A stretch of DNA of 64,000 nt from Elusimicrobia bacterium UBA5214 (GTDB lineage: Bacteria > Elusimicrobiota > UBA5214). Below, piece by piece: positions 49,230 through 57,547 of the stretch. Made by a program: the position numbers and the translations under genes. Numbering within the stretch: the first letter of the stretch is position 1; the number at the start of each line of letters is the position of its first letter. The notes beneath the pieces are model-generated. The model ran no database searches. It was not told the DNA's origin and saw only the letters and a program-made list of their open reading frames with translations. The stretch is from contig DHVG01000002.1 in NCBI GenBank assembly GCA_002412545.1, forward strand, positions 130,095-194,094, written 5' to 3'.

Positions 49230-50066
49230 TTAGATGGTTAACCGGGTAGGTTTTTTCTGGTTAAGTTTTATTTTTCCGTTAGCAAGATTTTTTATGGTAG
49301 AAATGATTAAAGGGAACTCTCTTTTTAAACCTTCAGCACGGATTTTTTTGAAAAGTGGCTCATTTTCACCTTCCTCTTCAATAATCCGCTCTAAAGTTTT
49401 AGGAGTAAACATCTTCACAATTTCTTTCCCCTTCCTTTTATCCTTCCCCACTTGTGGGGGAGGGAGAGGATGGGGGGGTGTTTTCAGTTTCGCCTCCAAC
49501 TGTCTCCGCAAACGGTCAAATTCTTTACCCACAATTGGATAGGTGCAATAACTGATTGGAGGACCAGCGTCAAGTTCGGGAGTGACTAAATGCATCATTA
49601 CCCCCGATTCTTTTTCTTTATTTCTAATCAGTTGCCAGATTACTTCCTGCCAGGTGCCTTTCGGTCCACCCGGTTTTGCTGGGTGTAAGTTTATCATTTT
49701 ATACCTTCGGCAAATTTCAGCATTGACAATTAACATATATCCAGCAAGAACAATCAGGTCAACTGGATATTTTTCAATGAGTTTGATTACTTGATGATGA
49801 TATTCGGTACGCCATTTTCCCAGGTTTTCTTTCCGTAAATCCGGTTTAAATTTTAATGCAGAAAAAGTTACCAAAGGAAATTCGTATTTCTTTACTAAAG
49901 CAAAAAATTTATCGCTTTCCGGATTTTCACCTTCTTCACGGTTAGAAAAAACGAAACTAATTTCCGTATTTAGTATTTCGTTTTTTGTAATTTGTTTAAC
50001 CACCGTATTTAATAAATCCCTTGCTGCTTTATCTCTTCCGGTTGAAAACCAACCAATTTTATACAT
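49230..50066 (-). CDS. purN: Phosphoribosylglycinamide formyltransferase-like (PurN family) with a C-terminal extension
   Basis: The formyl-transferase N-domain has IGWFSTGRDKAARDLL and VDLIVLAGYMLIV. The gene ends the pur/pyr operon and contains a GC-rich in-frame palindrome (49441-49490). Confidence 0.6.
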   Translation of the reverse strand: MYKIGWFSTGRDKAARDLLNTVVKQITKNEILNTEISFVFSNREEGENPESDKFFALVKKYEFPLVTFSALKFKPDLRKENLGKWRTEYHHQVIKLIEKYPVDLIVLAGYMLIVNAEICRRYKMINLHPAKPGGPKGTWQEVIWQLIRNKEKESGVMMHLVTPELDAGPPISYCTYPIVGKEFDRLRRQLEAKLKTPPHPLPPPQVGKDKRKGKEIVKMFTPKTLERIIEEEGENEPLFKKIRAEGLKREFPLIISTIKNLANGKIKLNQKKPTRLTI

Positions 50067-50152
50067 ATCTAATCCTTACTGTCTCGGTACAACTCTCAAA
50101 AATTCAGTCAACGCTTTTGCACTTTGCTTTTGTTCACTACGTTTCAGAAAAA

Positions 50153-50240
50153 AGGTGGTTAGGTGGCTAAGTGGTCAGGTAGTTAGTTTAAACCTAATAA
50201 CTTCCTTACTTCACTTACTCACTTAACCACTTAACCACTT
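50153..50240. repeat. Inverted pair of heptamer tandem arrays (GGTGGTTA... / ...TTAACCAC). One arm encodes the C-terminus and stop codon of the PfkB kinase gene.
   Basis: ggtggttaggtggctaagtggtcaggtagttagtt - taaacctaataa - cttccttacttcacttactcacttaaccacttaaccac. Confidence 0.8.
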
Positions 50241-51183
50241 TTTGTAGCGCTTCTCTCGTTGGATACCTATTCCTACCGTAACCAGTAATACTTACTTCAG
50301 CTAATTTTGTTCCTAATTGACCACATTTCTTGAGCGCTAAATTCAAGAGTAACCCGGCTAAGAAACCGGCAGCGTAAACATCACCGGCACCGGTTGGGTC
50401 AGCAACTTTAACTTTTTTGTCCGTAGGGATTTCATACTCCTCATTTTTATTTAAGATATATGACCCTTTAGCCCCGAGCGTGCAAACAACTATTTTCGCC
50501 CCATGGTTTAAGAGAATTTTTGCTCCTTGTTTATAGTTTTCTCCAGTTAATAATCTCACTTCTTCTTCACTGGGGAAAATTATATAACTCTTTTCAATTA
50601 TTGGTAAAAGTGCTTTTAAACCTTTTTGGGCATAACATCTTCCCGGGTCAAAACTTAGGCGGCAAGTGCCGCCAGACATTTTCTTAACTAATCTTTTTTG
50701 TGCCTGGAAAGGTAAATCACCAGTAAAAGAAGTTAAATGCAGAAATTTTGTTTTCCGTGCATAAGTAAGGTCAATTTCTTCGTAAGTCAAGGTATTATTA
50801 CTGTTCGGCAAAATATGAATAATTCGTTCTTTACCATCTACCAGGACAAGACAAATACCGCTTTTTTTACCGAAACAAATTCTACTTGTATCTACAGGTG
50901 AAAGGTTTTTAATGAGGAATTTTCCTTCCTCATTTTTGCCCACTTTACCCAGATAGCCGGTCTTAAATCCCATTCTTGCTAAAGCATAGACCGTATTTGC
51001 TGCTGAACCACCACCACTTTTTAGTTTCAATTCTGCTTTTTCACGCAAGAGTTTTTTTAGTTCCTCAAACCTATCTCCGCTAATTGCAGTTTCACTAATT
51101 TTAAGTTCCTTGAGTAAATTTTCGTCTTTAACTTTGTAGATTAAATCTAAATTTATTGCCCCAAAACCAATTACATCTTTCAT
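50215..51183 (-). CDS. PfkB-family carbohydrate/nucleoside kinase (ribokinase superfamily)
   Basis: Gly-Gly dipeptide region and DPTGAGDVYAAGFLAGLL anion-hole motif. Confidence 0.75.
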   Translation of the reverse strand: MKDVIGFGAINLDLIYKVKDENLLKELKISETAISGDRFEELKKLLREKAELKLKSGGGSAANTVYALARMGFKTGYLGKVGKNEEGKFLIKNLSPVDTSRICFGKKSGICLVLVDGKERIIHILPNSNNTLTYEEIDLTYARKTKFLHLTSFTGDLPFQAQKRLVKKMSGGTCRLSFDPGRCYAQKGLKALLPIIEKSYIIFPSEEEVRLLTGENYKQGAKILLNHGAKIVVCTLGAKGSYILNKNEEYEIPTDKKVKVADPTGAGDVYAAGFLAGLLLNLALKKCGQLGTKLAEVSITGYGRNRYPTREALQKVVKWLSE

Positions 51184-51240
51184 TTTTATAAATTGATTAC
51201 AAAGATTCTAAGGTTAGTACTGATAATTCGTATCGCTATC

Positions 51241-51882
51241 TCAATGCAAAATGTTTTGTTTTATAAAATACAACTTTGATAATAAAGGATAGAAAATAAA
51301 CCGCCCGATACCAAGCATTGAATAGACAAACAATATCCCACATCTCAACATTTGATATTCTATTACTACTGGTTCTCTTGCTCGGAAATACCTTTCCCAT
51401 AAGACACCTAAACCAAAAATTGCTACTGCTGTTCCAAGCCAAAGTAACGAAATCGTTATGGCAAGGTTAAGGAATCCCCATAATTCATTATAACGCAGAT
51501 TCAAAAGGTTGAGATTATTATTCTTCAATGTATCAAGATTATAATTCTTGTCCAAACGGAAAGAAAGCAAAATAATCAGCCAAAAAAGTGATTCAAATCC
51601 AAGTTTTATAAGACTTCTACTAAATATTTGAGAAATTAGTAACGAAATTATTGCTACGGTCAAGAAAAACGGCAACTTGTCAAATATTGCGCGTCTACCA
51701 ATCTTCAAAATCAAAAAGACCACAACTCCAATAGTTAAAGAGAAAATAAATGTATAACGCAAAGGGAGTGCGAATTGAGGAAAAGCAATCACCGTTGCCC
51801 ATTTTACTTGGTAGAATGCTAAAGTATGAAAAAGTTGTGACAAGGAAAAACCAACTGCCAGATAGAGAGAATACTTTGTCAC
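51241..51882 (-). CDS. Polytopic membrane protein, hypothetical
   Basis: About 6 hydrophobic helices, AT-rich, no recognisable motifs. Confidence 0.4.
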   Translation of the reverse strand: MTKYSLYLAVGFSLSQLFHTLAFYQVKWATVIAFPQFALPLRYTFIFSLTIGVVVFLILKIGRRAIFDKLPFFLTVAIISLLISQIFSRSLIKLGFESLFWLIILLSFRLDKNYNLDTLKNNNLNLLNLRYNELWGFLNLAITISLLWLGTAVAIFGLGVLWERYFRAREPVVIEYQMLRCGILFVYSMLGIGRFIFYPLLSKLYFIKQNILH

Positions 51883-51908
51883 ATTTTTAGATTAAGATTG
51901 ATTCCATT

Positions 51909-52883
51909 TTAAATAAGTTTTACTTCTTGTTTACCGGAAACGATTTTACCAATAATAACCGAGTTTTTCAGTAACTTATGAACTCGTGAACTTATCAACC
52001 CTGAACCAAAACGGTTCAGGGTAAACTTATCAACTATTATCACCATGCCAACTCCCATATTAAATATACGGAACATTTCTTTTTCCGGAATTTTACCTTT
52101 ATCCTGAATGATGCGGAAAATTTCCGGTACTTGCCAACTTTTTTTATCAATTACCGCTTGACAATTCTTGGGTAAAATACGAGGTATATTGTCGTAGAAT
52201 CCACCACCGGTGATGTTGACGATTCCGCTGATGGCTGATGGCTGACGGCGGATGGCGGATAATATCTCTTTGACATAAATCTTGGTAGGGGTGAGGAGTT
52301 CTTCACCGTATTTAATTAGTTCTTTTTTGGAGAAAATTTTGCGCACTAAGGAGAAACCGTTTGAATGTAAGCCACTTGAAGGTAGACCGATAATTAAATC
52401 ACCGGGTTTAATTTTTCTACCATCAATAACTTTATTTTTTTCTACCAAACCGACGGTAAAACCAGCTAAATCGTATTCACCTTCATGATAAAATCCGGGC
52501 ATTTCAGCAGTTTCACCACCAAGAAGGATACAATCTGCCTGACAGCATCCTTCGTTTATACCTTTGATAATTTGTTCGGCAACTTTTAAATCCAATTTAC
52601 TACAAGCGAAATAATCAAGAAAAAATAAAGGTTTTGCTCCACAACAGATTACATCGTTGACATTCATTGCTACTAAATCAACCCCGACGGTATTGTGTTT
52701 ATTTAAGAGAAAAGCGAGTTTAAGTTTTGTGCCGACACCGTCACTGGAAGCAGAAAGATAATGTTTCTTATCTAATGGATATAAACCGCTAAATCCGCCG
52801 ATTACCGGAGCAATTTTTTTAATCCTTTTTACGAAAAGGTTACCTTTGTCAATGTCTACACCCGCTTGTTTGTAAGTTACCAT
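51909..52883 (-). CDS. purM: Phosphoribosylformylglycinamidine cyclo-ligase (AIR synthetase)
   Basis: VTYKQAGVDIDKGN, DGVGTKL and LVAMNVNDV are PurM signatures. In-frame AGCCATC repeat at 52226-52262. Confidence 0.9.
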   Translation of the reverse strand: MVTYKQAGVDIDKGNLFVKRIKKIAPVIGGFSGLYPLDKKHYLSASSDGVGTKLKLAFLLNKHNTVGVDLVAMNVNDVICCGAKPLFFLDYFACSKLDLKVAEQIIKGINEGCCQADCILLGGETAEMPGFYHEGEYDLAGFTVGLVEKNKVIDGRKIKPGDLIIGLPSSGLHSNGFSLVRKIFSKKELIKYGEELLTPTKIYVKEILSAIRRQPSAISGIVNITGGGFYDNIPRILPKNCQAVIDKKSWQVPEIFRIIQDKGKIPEKEMFRIFNMGVGMVIIVDKFTLNRFGSGLISSRVHKLLKNSVIIGKIVSGKQEVKLI

Positions 52884-52985
52884 TATTAAGCTCCTTTTGG
52901 CTATTGGCCTTTAGCCATTAGCTTTCAGCCAGATGCCCGGGCTAAGAGCCGATGGCTAACGGCTATTCGTTAAAGGCTAATAGCC

Positions 52986-54257
52986 TCATTTCACTATTGG
53001 TAAGATTGCCGCACCGTTAGGGATAATATATGTCTTAAAATTATTCCCGTGTTTTTTTCTCAGATAACTCAATATTTCATTTATATCTTTCTTGTAGGAA
53101 AAATGCATTTCTTCAACCAATTCTTTTGCCAAAGAAGAAACCACGATTACTTCACATTTTTTTAGTATTTTAGCAGTTAAATATGCACGATGTCCCTCTA
53201 CTTCAATATCTTCTTCTTTTTTGTGTAATATTTCTTCAAGATGATGTTTTCTTAACCATTTCTCAAAGACAGGTTGCCCGACACCGTCACGACATTCAGC
53301 AAGGAGAACAATAGTTCCTCCCTCTTTGGTTATTTCTGCGCTTGCAGTTATGGTTTTCTGTGACTGGTATAAATTTATATCTTTAGGATAACCGCCACAA
53401 CTGCTGATTACTACTTCTGCCTTTTCAGGAACAGTAACTGAATAAAGTGATTGAGCAATTTTAATTCCAGCAAAGAATGCTTTTTCAAAATCACCAGCAA
53501 CTATACCAATAATTTCCTTCGTACTATTACGAATAACATTAAGAATAAAAAAAGGTTTAGTGCTTGCTACCCGATGTGCAGCTTCTAACATTTCTTCGTG
53601 GATAGGATTATTTTCCAGTTTACCGATTTCGGTTCCTCGCCGGCATACTTTACTATGGTTTTTGGTAATCGTTTTTCTACCACTTACTCCGGGAAGAATT
53701 GCTTTCCGACCGCCACCGTAACCAGCAAAAGCGTGAGGTTCAATATTACCGGTAGCAATCAAGAAGTCAGCTTGAGCAACATACTTATTTATCCATAGTT
53801 CATTGCCAGTAGATAATTTACCCAAAGAGATAAGGTCATCAGCATCAGGATTATGGTCAATAAATTGGAACCTGTTGATTAACGCTTCTCCGTAAATTTT
53901 TTTATTTTCTTCTGCACGATGTTGCCGGTGTGTGCCGTAAGCAATGATGAATCTTATTTTTTCGTCAGAAATACCAGCAATTTTAAGTTCTTCAATCAAG
54001 GAATCAAGAATTTCCCGGTAATCCGGATTAGGACGAGTAATATCTTCTACAATAATTACGAGATTATTTGGTTTTATCTTTTCTGCAATTTCTTTCAATG
54101 GTTCGCTACCGATAGGATTTTTTAAAACTTTTTTTATCTCTTCCCGAGGATTAGTAATTTTTTCTCGTTGAGTAGATAGTTCTAAAACTCGGAGCAGATT
54201 TTTTTCTTCTAATTTCAAAATTTGTGTAGATTCACCGTATTTAAGTTTTATTTCCAT
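52986..54257 (-). CDS. LarA-like (lactate racemase / DUF2088) family protein
   Basis: The size and overall pattern (N-terminal DUF2088-like region, central His/Lys-rich region KNHSKVCRRG...) are compatible with the LarA family. I could not verify catalytic residues. Confidence 0.4.
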   Translation of the reverse strand: MEIKLKYGESTQILKLEEKNLLRVLELSTQREKITNPREEIKKVLKNPIGSEPLKEIAEKIKPNNLVIIVEDITRPNPDYREILDSLIEELKIAGISDEKIRFIIAYGTHRQHRAEENKKIYGEALINRFQFIDHNPDADDLISLGKLSTGNELWINKYVAQADFLIATGNIEPHAFAGYGGGRKAILPGVSGRKTITKNHSKVCRRGTEIGKLENNPIHEEMLEAAHRVASTKPFFILNVIRNSTKEIIGIVAGDFEKAFFAGIKIAQSLYSVTVPEKAEVVISSCGGYPKDINLYQSQKTITASAEITKEGGTIVLLAECRDGVGQPVFEKWLRKHHLEEILHKKEEDIEVEGHRAYLTAKILKKCEVIVVSSLAKELVEEMHFSYKKDINEILSYLRKKHGNNFKTYIIPNGAAILPIVK

Positions 54258-54288
54258 CTTTTTTCTCGCAGAGAGCGCAAAAAGGTCA

Positions 54289-54900
54289 TTAAATTTTCTG
54301 CGTTCTTTGCGATAACTCTGCGTTCTTTGCGGCTATTCTACTACCGGGTTTAACTAAAGGTATATTTTTTTTACATAAAAGACACCTCTGGGATTGATAA
54401 TTTTTAATTTTTAATTTAAGTAAAGAAATCAATGAATAGTCAAATTTTACTTGTCCGCCGCTACGGTCAACTAAACATCCCACGGCTACAATTTTTCCAC
54501 CAGCATTTTTGACCACGTTGATTACTTCTTGTGTAGAACCACCAGTAGTGATTACATCTTCCACAACTAAGACTTTTTCTTCTTTCTTAATTTGGAATCC
54601 TCGTCGGAGAGTCATTTTTCCTTCTTCTCTTTCAGTAAAAATTGCCCGACAACCCAAAACCCGTGCTACTTCTTGTCCAATCACTATTCCTCCTAATGCT
54701 GGAGAAACAACAGTATCAATCTTTGAGCGGGTGAGTTTATGGACAATGAGGCGGGCAAGTTTTCCGGCTAAATCGGGATATTGTAAAACCAAAGCAGATT
54801 GTAAATATGTATCCGAATGTAATCCACTGGAAAGCAAAAAATGTCCTTTAAGTAACGCTTTTTTTTCTTCAAATAATTTTAGTATTTTTTCTTTTTTCAT
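54289..54900 (-). CDS. pyrE: Orotate phosphoribosyltransferase
   Basis: PRPP-binding motif VLVVEDVITTGGS. Confidence 0.85.
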   Translation of the reverse strand: MKKEKILKLFEEKKALLKGHFLLSSGLHSDTYLQSALVLQYPDLAGKLARLIVHKLTRSKIDTVVSPALGGIVIGQEVARVLGCRAIFTEREEGKMTLRRGFQIKKEEKVLVVEDVITTGGSTQEVINVVKNAGGKIVAVGCLVDRSGGQVKFDYSLISLLKLKIKNYQSQRCLLCKKNIPLVKPGSRIAAKNAELSQRTQKI

Positions 54901-54928
54901 ATCTGTTTGATAAGATTTATGATATTTT

Positions 54929-54980
54929 CACCCTCTCCTTAATCCTCTCCCCTTGAGGGAGAGGGACGGGGTGAGGGGGA
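54929..54980. repeat. GC-rich compound palindromic element with core cctctccccttgagggagagg
   Basis: The 21-bp core is the exact reverse complement of the core at 46589-46609. Flanking C-run/G-run arms are also inverted. Confidence 0.85.
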
Positions 54981-54981
54981 A

Positions 54982-55668
54982 TTAAATTTCTTGTTTAATC
55001 TTCTTAACTATTGTCAGTGGTTCTTCAGATTCAGTGATTGGTCTACCAACAACAATATAATTTGCCCCTTTGGCTGATGCAAGTGCCGGAGTAATCGTTC
55101 TTCTCTGGTCGTAGATTTCTTCACCGGCTAATCTTATTCCAGGAACGACAAGAAGGAAATCTTCCCCACAAGCTTTACGGATTAAATCAATTTCTCTACC
55201 CGAAGCGACAATACCGTTCAGTCCAACATTTTTTGCTAATAAAGCAAAACGGACTACCTGATTACTCAATTTTCTTTTAAAGCCCAGAACTTCTATATCT
55301 TCTTCTTCTAAACTGGTTAAAACCGTAACTCCAAACAATAGTGGTCGCATAACTACCGGCTGATGTCTCACGGTATCTACTGCTTCTTTAAGCATTTTTT
55401 CACCACCGGAAATATGTAAAGTAAAAGCGAAAGGTTTATATTTCATCAGGGCAAGCACTGCTCTACTCACGGTTGCTGGAATATCATGAAATTTGAAATC
55501 AAAAAATATTTTTTTCTTTTTTTCCTGAAGTTTCTTAATAAATTCTGGACTACAGGTAGAAAAAAGGGGGAAACCAATTTTAAAAATTTCCACCTCTTCA
55601 CTAAGAAGATTTACTAACTCGGTTGCCTTTTTCTCCTCGACATCTAAAGCAACAATCAATTCCGTCAT
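54982..55668 (-). CDS. pyrF: Orotidine-5'-phosphate decarboxylase
   Basis: LIVALDV.... (Asp-x-Lys region), FFDFKFHDIP and VVGRPI. Confidence 0.85.
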   Translation of the reverse strand: MTELIVALDVEEKKATELVNLLSEEVEIFKIGFPLFSTCSPEFIKKLQEKKKKIFFDFKFHDIPATVSRAVLALMKYKPFAFTLHISGGEKMLKEAVDTVRHQPVVMRPLLFGVTVLTSLEEEDIEVLGFKRKLSNQVVRFALLAKNVGLNGIVASGREIDLIRKACGEDFLLVVPGIRLAGEEIYDQRRTITPALASAKGANYIVVGRPITESEEPLTIVKKIKQEI

Positions 55669-55785
55669 TTAATAAACCATCCTTCTCGTTACAAAAATAC
55701 TTTGATTAACGAGTGTAATAAGTATTTTCTGAATTTAATAGGACTGTTAAAATGAACATAAAGTAGATAATTCATTTTTCAGTAT

Positions 55786-56001
55786 TTATTTCTGTTTAAG
55801 TTCTTTTTTTGTAGTCGCATTCTCTTCGTTGGGGAATAAATATTTTACTATTTCCCAAACAAGTAATCCGAGAGCAACCAAGATACCAATGATGCTACCG
55901 GTTTTGCCTATCCGGGGTATTAGCCCGAGAAATAAATTCAGAGTTAAAACTATAATTGCCATCCATAAGATTATTCCGATAAAAATATTCTTCAATCTCA
56001 T
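55786..56001 (-). CDS. Small two-helix membrane protein, hypothetical
   Basis: Hydrophobic segments only. Confidence 0.25.
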   Translation of the reverse strand: MRLKNIFIGIILWMAIIVLTLNLFLGLIPRIGKTGSIIGILVALGLLVWEIVKYLFPNEENATTKKELKQK

Positions 56002-56375
56002 AGTTTCGTAAAACAGACTTTCCTCCAGTCACAGGAAAAGCAGGCAAATTCTTGCCATTTAGGTAATATCTTTGATATCTTACTTTTTATTTTTCTCCAG
56101 AGAAGAGCATCTCCTTTTTTTAAATTTAACAATTTTAATGCCATTTTATCAAGTGCTTCTATTTCTTTTTCATAACCGGGTTTATAAATACAGATATTTG
56201 TTTTCAGATGTGGACAATACGCACATACTGCATCTGCACCGTCAACAATTTTTGTTTTTGTATCGTTTTCTAAATTTTTGATGATACCTTTAAGATTAGA
56301 TATAAACTTTTTACTATATCCTTCACCTTCAAAGAAATGTAAACAGATGAGATGGTGTCCACGCAGTTTAATCAT
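55998..56375 (-). CDS. Cys-rich DUF1284-like protein
   Basis: MIKLRGHHLICLHFF... with CAYCPH and CFSCDW Cys pairs. Confidence 0.45.
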   Translation of the reverse strand: MIKLRGHHLICLHFFEGEGYSKKFISNLKGIIKNLENDTKTKIVDGADAVCAYCPHLKTNICIYKPGYEKEIEALDKMALKLLNLKKGDALLWRKIKSKISKILPKWQEFACFSCDWRKVCFTKL

Positions 56376-56380
56376 TTACT

Positions 56381-56462
56381 CAGTTAATTCGGTTTAGTCG
56401 GTTAATTCTGTTTGGTCCGTTCAACGGTCATAACGGACATAACCGACAAAACGGACAAAACA
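56381..56462. repeat. CCGTT/AACGG heptamer-array hairpin between DUF1284 and pyrD (same family as 26992-27092)
   Basis: ttaattcggtttagtcggttaattctgtttggtccgtt | caacggtcataacggacataaccgacaaaacggacaaaac. Confidence 0.85.
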
Positions 56463-56472
56463 TTTTTTGCGA

Positions 56473-57501
56473 TCATTCGTGTATCATACTGCCGGTTAGT
56501 TTACTCAAGGTAATTTTTTGTATTTTAAGATATTGTTTTAGACCGATAAGTATTTTCTGTGGTAAAAATGGGTCACGGAAAAGAGCGCTACCTAAAGCAA
56601 TTGCTTTTGCACCGACAAGAAAAAATTCTATTGCATCTTGAGGACTATTTATTCCACCCATACCGATAATTGGTATTTTAACCTTTTGGTAAGTTTCGTA
56701 AATCATCCGTAAAACAATTGGTTTAATTGCTGGACCAGATAAACCACCAAAGACTGGTGAGTGGGAAGTGGTGAGTGGTGAGTGGGGAAAGGCAAGGGCG
56801 GAGAAAGTGTTGACTAAAGAGAGAGCATCGGCACCGGCAGATTCGGCAGTTTTGGCAATTACAGTTATATCCGTAACATTAGGGGTAAGTTTAGCAATTA
56901 CCGGTAATTTGGTTACCTTTTTTACTCTCTTTACCACCTCGTAAGTCAGTTCTGCATCCTGCGAGATAAGCGAAATTACTCCTTGCTCGGAGTTTATCCC
57001 CCCATTCTTGCTTTCGCCTGCCCCCGCGTCTCCCGACGCAAGTCGGGGCGGCGGGCAAGAAAGCAGGGGGGGACTCTTTGCTCTTGGCTCTTTGCTACGA
57101 ACATTCGGACAAGAAAGATTTAATTCCAGAGCAGATATACCTTTTTCTTTGTCTAATCTACGAGAAATCTCAGCGAATTCTTCTGCGTTCTCCGCAGCAA
57201 TACTTACGACTATTGGTATTTTAAGTTTTCTTTTTAAAAAAGGTAATTTTTCTTTTAGAAAAATTTCCAAACCCGGATTTTCCAGACCAATTGAATTAAT
57301 CATTCCTTCCATTGTTTCTACAATTCTCGGCGACGGATTACCCGCACGCGGTTTAAGAGTAACTGTCTTTGTAGTTATCGCCCCGAAAACATTCAGGTTA
57401 ATTAACTTACTGTATTCTTCACCAAAACCAATAATTCCACTGGCAACAAGGAGTGGATTTTTTAGTTTTATTCTGGCAATTTCAGTTGATAAATTAACCA
57501 T
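56473..57501 (-). CDS. pyrD: Dihydroorotate dehydrogenase catalytic subunit (class 1B)
   Basis: NPLL.ASG, ...ELN.SCPN..., GG and other TIM-barrel FMN motifs. It carries a ~35-aa low-complexity insertion (AKSPPLLSCPPPRLASGDAGAGESKNGGINSEQG) encoded by a GC-rich palindrome at 56997-57098, plus a heptamer repeat at 56745-56790. Confidence 0.85.
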   Translation of the reverse strand: MVNLSTEIARIKLKNPLLVASGIIGFGEEYSKLINLNVFGAITTKTVTLKPRAGNPSPRIVETMEGMINSIGLENPGLEIFLKEKLPFLKRKLKIPIVVSIAAENAEEFAEISRRLDKEKGISALELNLSCPNVRSKEPRAKSPPLLSCPPPRLASGDAGAGESKNGGINSEQGVISLISQDAELTYEVVKRVKKVTKLPVIAKLTPNVTDITVIAKTAESAGADALSLVNTFSALAFPHSPLTTSHSPVFGGLSGPAIKPIVLRMIYETYQKVKIPIIGMGGINSPQDAIEFFLVGAKAIALGSALFRDPFLPQKILIGLKQYLKIQKITLSKLTGSMIHE

Positions 57502-57547
57502 TCTTGTTCCTCTTCACAAACCGAATCTTTCAGTATGTCTATGTATA

